Assembly (NCBI RefSeq): GCF_009914755.1
Contig: NC_060940.1
Direction: 5' to 3' (one strand)
DNA: 64,000 nt
DNA from: the human T2T-CHM13v2.0 reference genome, Homo sapiens
The translations under genes were made by a program, and so were the position numbers. The stretch's first letter is position 1. Each line of letters starts with the position of its first letter. The notes beneath the pieces were generated by a model. The model saw only the letters and a list, made by a program, of their open reading frames with translations. It had not been told where the DNA came from and did not search any database. This document shows, one piece after another, positions 14,170-27,995 of this stretch.

Positions 14170-14784
14170 TCCATGGGCAGGTTCCCCTTGAGCTCGCACT
14201 GTCTCTATGCAATTCAGTAATAAATTTATTTATTACTAAACAAATGGTGCCTTCACACAAGGAAGAAGACATCTCTTCCCCTAGAGGACACAGCCAGAGA
14301 AAACAGCTTGGCAAACAAATCCTGGCTTGATCTCAGCCTCTGTGTACTCCTTTGGCTGGATGGTGCGCAAGGACTCGGATTTAATTCTAAAACTTTGTCA
14401 TGCAAATCTTGAATGAATGGAACCACAGAGAGACGGGACGGACATAGTTTTCAACAATGAGAACAATATTAGATTCCCTGAGGGAGTGTTTCAGTCCTTG
14501 GTGGAAGCCAAGATACATGTCTAGGAGAAAACAGTTCTACAGAGGCCAAGATAATGTGGTACTAAAATCCCTGGTGGGCTAGTTCAAGGCTATCTAATAT
14601 GGTAGATGAGCTGAGTGTGCTTCACCCAGTCTTCCTAGTTCTACTACTCTCAACGAGTTCGTAATACTTCAGGATAGATCACAGATGCTGGGAAACCGTT
14701 CAGCAAAGCCATGGTGCAAGAGGAACCATTAATAGATCAACGTCTGGCCCAGGAGCAGATCTACCAGGACCTATGAGAGTTTTC

Positions 14785-15110
14785 TTTTCTTTTCCTTTCT
14801 TCTTTTCTTTTTTTTTTTTTTTTTTTTTTTTTGAGACCAAGTCTCACATTGTCACACGGGCTGGAGTGCAACGGCACGATCTCGGCTCACTGCAACCTCC
14901 GCCTCCAGGTTCAAGCGATTCTTTTGCCTCAGCCTCCCGAGTAGCTGAGATTACAGGCACACGCCACCACGCCTGGCTAATTTTTGTATTTTTAGTAGAG
15001 ATGGGGTTTCACCATATTGGCCAGGCTGGTGTCGAGCTCCTGACCTCGTGATCTGCCCGCCTCAGCCTCCCGAAGTGCTGGGATTAAAGGCATGAGCCAC
15101 CGTGCCCGGC
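14785..15110 (-). mobile_element. AluSg-like
   Basis: ggccaggctgg...tgacctcgtgatc; TSD cctatgagag(t/a)tttct starting at 14770 and 15111. Confidence 0.93.
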
Positions 15111-16545
15111 CCTATGAGAGATTTCTACCCAGGGACAAGAATGGAAGACTGGAGGCCTGAGATATTGGAACAAATTCTACCTTCTCTCTTTTATTTTCAT
15201 AAATAAGCCCCTTTTCCCTCATGTTCCCTAGCTTGAGGGGCTTGATTTAAAGAGCCACTCGAGCGAACCCAAGAGCATAGAAACAGGTTATAAATTATCA
15301 AGGTATCCTAGAAATCATTTGGTTGTATGGAGTGAAGGATAACATGAGTTGTAGCTGCTTAAAGAGCAATGACAGAGTTGACTCCCTTTGGCATTGGCGG
15401 AAAAAAAGAGAACGAGAACAGGGAGAATTCGTTCAAGCCCTGGAACTTGCTTATTTGAAGCAACCCTCCATAATCCTCTGACACTGAAAATCCAACCAGA
15501 GACACCAAGTTGGAATATTGAACTATTTTCCAAAAACGTGGTATCACTCAGTGGGAAGGTTCCTTGTTCCTATAAAAGTTCCCCCCAAAAAGATCCGCCC
15601 TCTGGAAAAGTCCTTAGGAATATACCAAATCCTAAGGCAGTTACAAGGGAGGAGTCTTTGTTGATATAATTAATGCTGGCCATCCAGGAAGCAGTATGCA
15701 AATTATGACTGCACTGAATGGACAGAACCTGGAAACCAGGACAAAATGCCAACCAATGCCTGTGCAATAGGTTTTAATCCTCCCATTCCTATTTTCACTG
15801 TTCATCTGGGACTAAAAATGTCTTCACCCTCCCACTCAATAAGCTGGGAGGGAAGGTTTCACCATGAACTAGCTGATACTTGAGCTACAGAAAGTCAGCC
15901 TGTGCGAGCAAAGATCGGGCTGAACAGAAGCTAATTCCTGCCCCAATTCCTAGAGTTTTGTTCAAACCTATTGTATTATGGTCAACATCCGGAATGAACA
16001 ACTAATAATTGCAGCAATGCCTTCAGGGATTTTTGCCTGTTTACATATAAATAGTTCTGACCAGAGCTGGCCACCAGCAATGGTTAATTTAATTTACTAT
16101 CCCTTGGCAAAAGAATAGTCATTGGATTTCCAGCACTTTTAACCTTGGTAGACCCTTGGGAAATAAAAATTAGATTGAGAGAAAATTACCAGTGGTGGAG
16201 AACAGTATAAAAGTGACAATGACATATATAAACCTCCGGCAGGAGTGGAATAAAGTGGCATATTATTGTTCGCTGGCTCCCAAAGTTCAATATTTCTTGT
16301 GTGATTTACACTTCTGCCATTGTCTCACCCCCTGGAGTCATTCTGGCCACTCGGAAGTCTCTCCCAAAATGCACACCCTTGTTACTGTCAGAGAAGGGGC
16401 ATATTACCTGGCTAAGCAGCAAGAGGTGTTTAGACAAAGAGCCATTAGAAAATGGGTTTCAACAAATAAGAGTTTAAAGAGGTGTCTGGAAATATGAGAC
16501 TGAAAATATATGGGAAAGAAAAGTCGATAATCCCTGCCTTCGCAG

Positions 16546-16546
<1 letters not shown>

Positions 16547-16584
<38 letters not shown>

Positions 16585-16588
16585 TGTG
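16547..16588. repeat. (TG)n microsatellite
   Basis: Direct inspection. Confidence 0.95.
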
Positions 16589-16997
16589 TTTAAAGAGGTG
16601 TCTGGAATGAGAAGCAGATGAGTGTCTTGGGTGTTCCAGGCTACTGGTTGCACTTCCTCTATAGAATTATGTCAACATAATCTGTGTGCAAACTCAGCTC
16701 TGATTGGAGGGTCATGATGCTATCTCAGCCTCACTGACCATCAGTTGGTGCTCCCACTACATGAACCACCTGTGGTACACACACACACACACACTCCCCA
16801 CACACAATTGTTTCTTTTTCCTAAACCTTTGCTCATGTGGTGTTATCTGCCCGGACCACCCTTCCTCCCACCTCTGTTTTGCCTGTCTGGCTCCTAACTT
16901 GCCCTTGAATACCTAGCCCAGATATCTCTTCCTCTAGGAAACTTTTCCTGATCACCTCCTGGCCAGATGTGTACTTTCTTTAGTATCAGCCTCCTGA

Positions 16998-17337
<340 letters not shown>

Positions 17338-18749
17338 CTACTTATGTGTCTTTCTATCCCACCTTCAGAATATGTAATGAGACTACTGTGACCTTCCAAA
17401 AGAAAAAAAACAAAAACAAAAAACAGAACATTTAAGCCTGGAGAGAGAGGTCAGAGTATAAAACAAAGAACAGAGGCAAGAAAGTTAGGAAACTCCTAAG
17501 TAACATATCCAACTAGATAGGATTCCTGGTACAGGCTTTTCTTTTATTGCACATACCACAGTTGTATTTTTATTATATTTGTGTGATCATCTAATTAATG
17601 GACACACACACAACTGTAAAGGAAGAGATTGTGTCTCCCTTCTTTTCTATATCTTCAGTACCTAGCACATAGATGGTACCTTATAGATATTTATGTAATT
17701 AATTAGTTTATAAATTAATAAGCAGACATATAATGGATAAGAGAGAAAAAAGTAGACATAAGCTCATAAATGGGGCTAAATTCCAAAGTTCATTTGTATG
17801 TGTCTCCATGGCACAAGGATAGACAGGAACGCCACATAGAAATAATGGATATTGAGTTCTACTTCTGATAAACTTATATCCAAGCCTGGGAAGGTCTGAT
17901 TCTAAGACTTACCTTTAAACAAATATTGAAACTGGCATGGGATTTCTCTTGCCCAATAGAACCCAAAGCCCATAATTTACTGAGGATAAACAGACTTACA
18001 TGATAAAGCTGTCCAGAATCCACCAACACCTTCATTTTACATGTAATGAGGTGGAGCAAGATGGTCCTCACTCCCCAGATGGTGTAATAACATCATTAGA
18101 GAGAGGATTGCATTTGTTTCGGAGACACCTTGACTTACTGTTTGGGATAGAACACAAGACCCCGAAAGTCATGTGCCAGTCACCAAAGTGCCTTGAATAA
18201 AGGCGATCACAGTGAACCTTGGGTTGTTTTCTTCACCAAGCACTATCATGAACAGAATTTGTAAGTTTGAAGTGAGGAAGAATTGTTCTGATAATAGAGA
18301 AGAGAGGAGCCAGGGCATTCCTTTGGGTGTTGGGGGAGAAAGACACAGGAGTGAAGTAACAATAAGAGACATGAGGATTTTTCCAGTTGCTCGATCTGGG
18401 CAATGTGATATAAACTCGCTTTTATGTCTCCTCTACATTGTCTTTAGTAAATTAACGCTTAACTCATTAAATGCTCTTCTGTGAGTGGGTCTTTATGTGC
18501 AGCAGGGGTAAGAGGGGCCTCAAAGAGAAGGACAAGTGAACAGCTGACAGCTAGGTGTCAAAGGAATGGGGGCAGGATTCCTAGCTGAGCTCATTTGCTA
18601 AGGAACCCTTGGCTAGTCATAGACTGAGCCATTTCAAATCCATCAGTTTCATCTCTCTCTCTCTCTCCTATACATTAAAGATTTCAATTAGCCAGTTAGC
18701 AGGGTACTGCAGGGAAAAGGGAAGGAAGGGTGAGTTTATTCTGATGAGT

Positions 18750-18970
18750 TGTTTTCAACATTTACTGACATCTAATACATGTCAAACAATTTACATGGAT
18801 TATCTCATTTAAATTTCACAGCATGTCTATGAGGTGGTTGGTGTTATTTTTATTATGTAGATGAAGAATGGAAACTCAGGCTCAAGGAGGTAAATTGTCC
18901 CAAGTTGTAGAGCCAGTAAATTTTAGAGTCTGGATTTGAATCCCCATCTATCTTTACACCATATTATGCT
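18750..18970 (-). mobile_element. MIR SINE
   Basis: tatctcatttaaatttcacagc...gtccccaagtt...ggatttgaatccc. Confidence 0.7.
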
Positions 18971-19554
18971 ATCTCTTAAAAAAGGGCTGGGTGGTTGCTA
19001 AGGAAGATGGAGGGAAACATATTTACACTGATGTGGGGTGGCGGTGGGAAATGATGCCACCAAAATTCAGGAGGATTTTCCTGAAGGTAACTGTTGTTGC
19101 CATAAAGTACTTTAATCCTCTAGTCAACCAAAAAGGTGCCACTGGTGAGATGGATAACCACGGACTTGTGAATTGCAGGACTTAATTTTGGCATAATTAC
19201 CAAAGGAAGTCAGACAGTATTGCGGGAATGTAGGCTTTGGAATCAGGCAAATCCTCATTTGAATCATGGTTCTGATTTATTATCTAAAACAGTTCAACTC
19301 TAAATTTCCCTTTAGAAATAATAATCATAAACATAAATTTAACAATTAGTCAAAAGAAGAGCTGCTCTTCTGAATCAGGGAACAACCGTCATTAGAGAAT
19401 AATAACTCTAAATCTTTTTCACTGAATTCACAGCAGCCCTCAGTTAACAGACCATAAGAGCTTAATCTTGCAATTTTCTTAATTCCTAGAAATAAACTGA
19501 AACCTCTGGTGCCTGTGGGATGAATCTTAATTTTGTGGAGGAGACTCTGTTGAT

Positions 19555-19722
19555 ATTGGTGACTGTTTTGTGACCTTGAGCAAATGACTTCACGTCTCTG
19601 AGCCTCTGGTCTGTCATCTGTAAAATGGGGATAATCACATATGACAGTTAATTTTGTAGATGATGTGAGATAATGCATGTAAAGTCCTGAGCACAGTGCC
19701 TGGCACAAAGCAAGCACTCAGT
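19555..19722 (+). mobile_element. MIR SINE
   Basis: tgtgaccttgagcaaatgacttcac...catctgtaaaatggggataat...cagtgcctggcaca. Confidence 0.85.
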
Positions 19723-19729
19723 AAGAGGG

Positions 19730-19837
19730 AGTGATGAGGATTGGGATGATGATGGCAATGACAAAAACAATGATGCAACAATAAGACCAAGATAAGACAA
19801 TATGTTGATGTTGATGTGGCAGTGATGGTGGTAATAG

Positions 19838-19868
<31 letters not shown>

Positions 19869-20040
19869 CAAAGACAACAGTGCAATGATAAGACCATGAT
19901 GAGCAATGAGCAATCATCATGATATACTGTTTGTTGCTGCTGCTGATGTTCTGTTTGTTGCTGCTGCTGATGTTGTAGTGGTAAACAATACAGAGAAGAA
20001 GAAACAAGAAGGAAGGAGGAAGGGAAACATAAAAAAAGGA
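19730..20040. repeat. (GAT)n / (GCT)n low-complexity tract
   Basis: GAT runs at about 19840-19867; 24-bp tandem duplication at 19927-19974. Confidence 0.85.
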
Positions 20041-20042
20041 TT

Positions 20043-20401
20043 TGATATGGTTTGACTCTGTGTCCCAACCCAAATCTTACCTTGAATTGTAATAATCTCC
20101 ACATGTCATGGGAGGGACCCGGTGGGAGGTGGTCGAATCATGGGGGTGGGTCTTTCCCATGCTATTCTCATGATAGTGAATAAGTCTCATGAGATCTGAT
20201 GGTTTTATAAAGGGCAGTTCCCCTGCACACACTGTCTTGCCTGCCGCCATATAAGACATCCCTTTGCTCTTCCTTCATCTTCTACCATGATGTGAGGCCT
20301 CCCCAGCCATGTGGAACTGTGAGTCCATTAAACCTCTTTCCTTTATAAATTACCCAGCCTCAGGTATGTCTTTCTTAGCAGCGTCAGAACAGACTAATAC
20401 A
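20043..20401 (+). mobile_element. THE1 (C/D-like) solo LTR
   Basis: tgatatggtttg...agactaataca termini; perfect 5-bp TSD ggatt at 20038-20042 and 20402-20406. Confidence 0.95.
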
Positions 20402-21199
20402 GGATTAAAAGAAGAAAGAAGAGGATCTCCATAAAACATCAAGTGCAACTCATAGGTAACTGGGTTTCACATGCCCAAACCTAAGGTGTTCTGATTCTCC
20501 AACCAGAACAGATATCCTTTTCCTGATTAGAGGTGCAATGCCAACCACATCAATAGACATGGTCTCTGGGATCCCTCTAACCCCATTCACCACCTGGTTC
20601 TCTCTTCCCATCAAGGATGAAAAAGGGATTTTTTTTTTATTCTCTGTGTGCGGAGGATAATGCATCTGTAAACTCATCATAACCCCATAGCCAGATGCTT
20701 CTGTGCAGTGGAGCCAGCACCATCAAGGCTAACAAAACACAGCATCAATCCTCAAGATCCTAGTTTCTGGGTGGACTGAGACCATGCCTGGGAGGAGCTG
20801 GCCAAACCACTTCCTCAGTGTTATCATTTATGAAACCAAAATGAAGCGTTTTCAATAATTATAAGGACATGAAGTAGATGACTAAGATCATACAAGCAAA
20901 TGTGCTCCGAGTTCGTTCTTTCAAGTAGTGACCATGAATATCTTAATTTTTTATTATGATGAAATGTAGAATTATCCTCATGATTAAAAGCATGACTTTT
21001 AATGAGTCATTTAATCTCTCTGCATGTCTCCTTGATGAAATAATAACTTTATGTAGTAGTACCAACCTTATAAGTTAGAAGCGAGCCTTAACTAAGATAA
21101 TTTACAGAGTTTAACATACTATCTTTCCTATAGTGTCTTTCAGAAATATTAGCTGATAATATTATTACTATTATGTAGGAGACAAAAAGAAAATTTTAA

Positions 21200-21650
21200 A
21201 ATATACCCAAAATACATATCTGATTATGTGAACCCCCTGCTTCAAACTCCCAGTGATTTCCTCCCAGTGCTAAGGATGGAATCCAAATGCCTTAACATAG
21301 CTAGCAAAGCTCTTTATGACCTGGCTTCTGCTTAACTCTCACTACAGAGTAAACCCTCCTAAACTGCTCTCACACCTTTCAGGTTTCAAGTCACTTCCGT
21401 GTTTGCACTCTTCCATCCAACTGTTGGCCCGCCTAGCACACTCAGCCCTCAGGCTGGGGGAACTGCCTTCCTCCCCGAGCCCACAGCCCTTTGAGCCTCC
21501 CCCATCACAGTGTAGTTGAATGATTTCCTGGTGGTTTATCTGTTACCTCAACTACTTGGGACTGAGATGGTATATTAATGGTTCTTCCTCGCCGTCTAGC
21601 ATAGTACCTGGCACAGAGCAAAGCCCAATAAATGTTTGCTGAATGAAGGG
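21200..21650 (+). mobile_element. L2 fragments (3' end)
   Basis: tctgattatgtgaaccccctgcttcaaact...; tagtacctggcacagagc...aataaatgtttgctgaatgaa. Confidence 0.65.
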
Positions 21651-21679
21651 AGGAGTAGTGTGATTGATGTTAGCATGGG

Positions 21680-22015
21680 ACACAGAGAAGGGGTGTGGCA
21701 GGGGAATCAGAGGGAGATTGATGGAGGATGACACCTGAGCAGGATCTTTAGGAACAGGCAAGATTTACCCAGGCAGGTTTTTTTTTAAAGCAATGGCAAT
21801 ACAGAAAGAGAGAACAGCATGGGCAAAGCACAGAGGTCTAACCAAGCATGGCACCTTTGGGGCAACTTCATATATTCACGCAGCACTGCAATATTCCAGA
21901 GTAAGGAAATAAGAGATAATGTTTGGCTATGTGTGCCAACAAGATACCTTGTCTTTATCCTGTAAAGATTAAGCAATCATTGAAGAATTTAAAGTAGAGC
22001 ACTGATCAGATCAGG
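21680..22015 (-). mobile_element. L2 fragment
   Basis: agaacagcatgggcaaagcacagagg...cattgaagaatttaaagtag. Confidence 0.65.
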
Positions 22016-22611
22016 CAGAAGCATGAGATTAATGATCCTGTTAACACTCTTTGATATTTTCCTCTTCTTTCTTCCCACCCTCCCATCCTTTTCTCTCCTT
22101 TCTTCTATCTTCTTCCTCTGTCTTCTAAAATATATCCTTTCATTTTCTACAGTTTGCCTTTACATGGATTTTGTTGACCCCAGATGTTAGAGGACCATGA
22201 ATTAAGCCAGGCAGGACTCCCAGCATCAGTCAGGATTCAAGGGGATAAAATTTCATTCTGATGACCCGGAGCACTAATGAACACTTCTCCCCAACACGAG
22301 TCCTCTAAAAATGGTCTGAAATGAGGCAGAAATAGTACGTTATCTTGATATAAAGGGAACACGTTCATCACTTGCTTAAACTAATTATTTGTCTGAGAGT
22401 GACGGTGGCAACACTGACCTTTTCCAATGATCAAAACACTTATTTTTAAATGGAAGATGTAACTCTTCTCATCCCTCCTCTTTGTTGAAATGTCTGACCT
22501 AACCTCATTCAGTGACGAATACCCAGAAAAGCCTGCTTAACAGTGTGATTAGTGAAGTTATTCTAAGATAGTGATGACCAAACTCAAAGTCCTAGACTAT
22601 TTTAAGTGTTC

Positions 22612-22767
22612 GAGTTAGGGTTTAGGATTAGAGTTTAGCGTTCAGGGTTAGGGTCATGGTTAATGTTAAGGTTACGTTTGATAGATTCGATTAGGATGAA
22701 AGTTAGAGTTAAGAATAAAGATAAGGGTAGGGCTAGATTAGAGTTAAGGTTAGGGATAAGATCAGGG
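22612..22767 (+). repeat. degenerate telomere-like (TTAGGG)n tract
   Basis: Perfect TTAGGG at 22615, 22648 and 22750 among TTAGGA/TTAGAG/TTAAGG/TCAGGG variants. Confidence 0.75.
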
Positions 22768-23454
22768 AAACTTCTGGAGAAAAGAGAATGAGATTAGAGG
22801 GCAGCTAAGATTCCAGCCACTCATATGTACACACTCCACCCCAAACTCATTGTTTCCCTATTTCTTTTCTGTTTAGTTTCACTTGAAATAATAATAAAAG
22901 GAATCTACTCTTCTCTGATTCATAGACAGGGTTTGAAACTCACAGAACTAGAGAAACTCCCAAGCCATGTGTGAGAGTCAATGACTGACACCACAGTCCA
23001 TTTTTCAGGAACTCAGTAGTCTCATGAATAAAAAGTATTTAGACTTCTGCAGATGACACCCCACTTACCAAGCTAAAGCTGTCTCAGATTTGGCAGAAGC
23101 TGCCCCATGACACAGGGTTTGAGGCAGGGATATGGATCATCCACTTGCAGACCCCTTGGGCAAGTGGATGCTCTGTATAACTTTCCTTCTTGACTGGCAG
23201 GATCCAGGGAATATGACCAAAAATGGGAACAGGGCCATGCTTACCATCTTTTGCAGTAAATGGAAATAAGGAAAATATTTAAGAATGGCTATAGTCTTAG
23301 CCAGGTAGAAAGGCCAAAGAACAGGATTCTGGATCTGAGAGGTTAGGCAAAAACCATTTCATGAAGCCAAGAATGTGGGTTGGGAGGAGAATTGATCAGG
23401 CATGGTAAGTGAACCTGGAGAAATTTTTGAGACTATGGACCTTTATAATAGAGC

Positions 23455-23679
23455 TTGGTTCAGCAAAACGGTTCTGTAAAGGGCCAGATAGCAATGCTAT
23501 TTTAGGCTTTGTAGGCTATATTCAGCCTCTGTAATAACTACTCACCTCTTGCTCTAGAACAAAAGCAGTCATAGATGAGACATATATGAATGACTGTGGC
23601 TGTGTTCCAATAAAACTTTATTTAGGAAAATAGATAGCAAGCCAGATTTGGCCTGTGGACCATGGTTTGTTGACCCTTG
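23455..23679 (+). mobile_element. MER58A (hAT-Charlie)
   Basis: tctgtaaagggccagatag...ttccaataaaactttattta...gtttgttgacccttg. Confidence 0.85.
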
Positions 23680-23699
23680 TACTAGGGTATTTGGAGAGC

Positions 23700-23957
23700 T
23701 TGTTTTGTGAACCCCCAAAGAGAACAGTCTCCTAAGAATTAAACCAATATAGAAATCTTGCAGAATGAGGACATTAGAAAGCAAGACCAAGGCTATAGCA
23801 TTATTAGAAACCCTGAATCCAGCCATACCTGAAACTAACTTTCTCTGGTATCCTCATTTACGTGAAACAATAAATCCTCTCCTTTTATTGTTATTGTTTA
23901 AGTAGTGTGAGTTAGGTTTCTGTCCATTGCAACAAAAAAAGTCCTTCTTGGTATACA
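23700..23957 (+). mobile_element. old MaLR LTR (MLT1J/K/L-like) 3' part
   Basis: tgaatccagccatacctgaa...caataaatcc...gagttaggtttctgtccattgcaac. Confidence 0.65.
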
Positions 23958-24449
23958 ATACACACAGGCTAACAGAAAAAAATAATCAGGTCTCATTACA
24001 AATCTTCTGATTCCCATTCCAGTGCTCTTTCATCTCAACAAGCAGCAGATAGAAAAGAATGCCCTAGTTGAGATATCTTTTGTAGCCAAACATCAGTGTT
24101 GCCAATGTGAACCTAGAGTTTGCTCCAAAACATTCCTGCTTGTTGGAGTGTCATTAAGGGAAAGCGTGTGCCTAGGAAATGCTGCCCGCGGATGAAGAAA
24201 GTTGACAGAACAGCCCTGAAGGGCCAGATGGATTCCAGACAGCTGTGACTTGATGGAGGCCCTCCATTTGGCAAGACCAGGGAGAGCCCAGCATGAACGA
24301 CATCAATTAGCAACCTCTTTTGAGAGAGGATGATTACAGCACACCACTGCAATCAAGCTTCATGCAGCCACTACATGTAACGGTTATTGAGCCTCTGTAG
24401 AAACACACAGACATGTGTGGTATGATTTTTAAAAGAGAATAGCAGAATG

Positions 24450-24880
24450 CACTGGGATTCTCATACATTCCTGAAGAGATTGTGAACTGGTGCAAACTCT
24501 CTAGAAAGCAATTTGACAATAGGTATCAAACACCTTTAAAATAAAAAATCTCAAGACATTTGATGCAGTCGTCATCCTTCACCCCTGTAAGAATTGATCC
24601 TGAGCACATATCAGAAATGCAAACAAAGATTTCTGCACAAAGATGTTCATCACAGCATTAAGTATAATAGCAATAAAAGAAAGCATACAAATGTCAAAGT
24701 TAGGAAATTAATGAAAAATATTATGATACATAGCCATAAGATAGAAAATTATGGCAGCCATCAAGAGTATGATTAAGAAGAGTCTTTAATCACATGAGAA
24801 AATATCCACACTATGGTAGGCGACAAGGCAGCATACAAATTGCATATATAATATGATCACCAGTAAATCAATATATGGCA
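24450..24880 (+). mobile_element. old L1M (L1ME-like) fragment
   Basis: tgtgaactggtgcaaactctctagaaagcaatttgacaat...caaagatgttcatcacagcatt. Confidence 0.7.
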
Positions 24881-25282
24881 TGAGTTTTTATTTTTATTTA
24901 CCCGGGTACAGTGATGACATGTTTGAGTTGAAGGACTCAGGGCTCCTTTTATGGGCTTATTTGCATGGGGATGTTTGGGGCTACAGAAGAGTCAAGGAGG
25001 TAGGAGGGTTCCTAGAGGGAGGAGAAAACAAGGACTATTAAAGGTATGTAATAATGTGATGATGTCTGATCCCTCACTATGATACTTTTGAGGTTCCCAT
25101 TGAGAAGTTCTAGGCAGAATTTGAAAGACATTAAATGTCACTCTTCAACGAAGCCTTTCCATTCCCCCAGTGACGAGGTCACATGCCCCTGATCTATGCT
25201 CTCAAAGCTTTTTGTGTTTCTCCTTCCAAGCACATAAGAGATATTATCATTGTCTATTTAGATGATATGTGATTCTCACTCA

Positions 25283-25495
25283 GTTCTGCATTGTTGAGTA
25301 TGGTAGCCACTATACAGAGCATGTGGCTATTTCTATTTAAATTTAAGTCAAATAAAGCAAAACTTAAAAATGCATTTCTCGCTCACACTGGCCACATTTC
25401 CAGCACACAATAGCCACACGTGGCAAGTGGCCATCATCATGGACAAGACAGATACAAAACGTGTTCCTCAGGGCAGTTTTATTGAACAGTGCTGT
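25283..25495. mobile_element. MER3 (hAT-Charlie)
   Basis: tggtagccact...catgtggcta...ggccacatttc...tagccacacgtggc...attgaacagtgctg. Confidence 0.8.
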
Positions 25496-25567
25496 CCAAG
25501 ACTACAATGTTATGAGGTCTCGCTCACATGCTATTCCTAGTTCCTAGCACAAATATCTGGCATATTA

Positions 25568-26106
<539 letters not shown>

Positions 26107-26734
26107 TCCTTCCTTCAGCATATCTGTGGAGATGACTTTATAAAAAAGGAGGTCCTCAGTACAGGAAGAGGAAACACACACACACACACCCCTCAGATAT
26201 GTTCCTTTTTCAAATAACCAGCACCATTAAGATCTCATGAACGTATTTGGTAGGGAATAAACACAATAAATAATGATGATAGAATTCTGAGCTCTGAGTA
26301 GGCATTCAAACAGGCAGGATGGATCCTGACCGTGAGGGTGTCTGTGATGACATAAATCATAGCAGATCCAACATCTCAGGACCACATCTGACCTGGAAGC
26401 AGCATGACCCTGTCACAGGGACTGGAGCGCTTGGCAAGACAGAGCTCACTGAGGAGCTGATGGTGGCCAGCCTAGTCTCTCATCAATGACATTTTTTTTT
26501 CCCTGACAGCTAAAAGACAAAAGGTTTGCATTCGTGGCCGTGTACGTGGACATGAGGGTTCTGAACCTTAGGGCTCTCGAAGGCCCATCCCATTCAACGT
26601 CTCTCTGTCTCCTCTGCCCAAAGAAAAAGCCAATAATTCAAAAACCTCAATGTGGAGCTGCATGAAATTGTTCTGTAACACACTTTCTTACCTACAGGAG
26701 GGGCTCAGATAAATGTTGAATCAACAGATAAGTC

Positions 26735-27111
26735 TGCAGCCATAATAAGGAATGAGATCAGGTCCTTCACAGGGACATGGATGGAGCTGGAGGCCATTAT
26801 CCTCAGCAAGCTAACGCAGGAACAGGAAACTAAACACTGCATGTTCTCGCTTATAAGTGGGAGTTGAACAATGAGAACACATGGACACAGGAAGGGGAAC
26901 AACACACACTGGGGCCTGCTGGGGGTTAAGGTGGGGGGAGGGAGAGGATTAGGAATGCTGGGCTTAATACCCAGGTGATAGGTTGATGGGTGCAGCACAC
27001 CACCATGGCACATGTTTACCTATGTAACAAACCTGCACATGTACCCCGAAACTTAAAAGTAAAAATTTAATTTAAAAAAGGAAATTACAAAAAAAAAACA
27101 AAAACAAAAAC
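26735..27111 (+). mobile_element. L1PA 3' end with A-rich tail
   Basis: gcagccataataaggaatgagatca...gtaccccgaaacttaaaagt. Confidence 0.92.
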
Positions 27112-27286
27112 AGGTAAGTCTTTGTCTTGGTTGGATGGTAGTTGGTAAGAAACAGTCGCATATTCATTCAACAAATGTTTATTGGGCACTAACTGGGTGT
27201 TAGGAATTATTTTAGGCATTTGGAATAGACCTGTGAACAAAACAGAAATCAACAAAAATGTCTGCCTTCATGAAACTTACACGCCA

Positions 27287-27470
27287 GGCTGGTTTTCAGC
27301 CCCGGCTGGATATTAGAATCATCAGGGAAGTTCTGAAAAATCTCATTTCTTGGGACACAGCTCAGAGAAATTCTGAAACTCTATAGTTCAAGATGGGGAA
27401 TAGGGATATGTTGTTAGGAAGTTTCCCAGGAGAGTCAGGGTACAGTAGCCTGGGAGCCTGGGAACCACTG
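27287..27470. mobile_element. MER5B-like MITE
   Basis: tggttttcagccccggctg..attagaatcatc...gggaaccactg. Confidence 0.6.
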
Positions 27471-27478
27471 TTGTAAAA

Positions 27479-27995
<517 letters not shown>

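Noticed and set aside
19635-20104. ORFs with poly-His, poly-Gln and poly-Ser runs resembling a transcription factor
   Set aside because: They translate a (GAT)n/(GCT)n tract running from a THE1 LTR into a MIR, and several frames are open for the same reason
27109-27119. Consensus donor CAG|GTAAGT
   Set aside because: It lies at the end of an L1 A-rich tail with no plausible upstream exon
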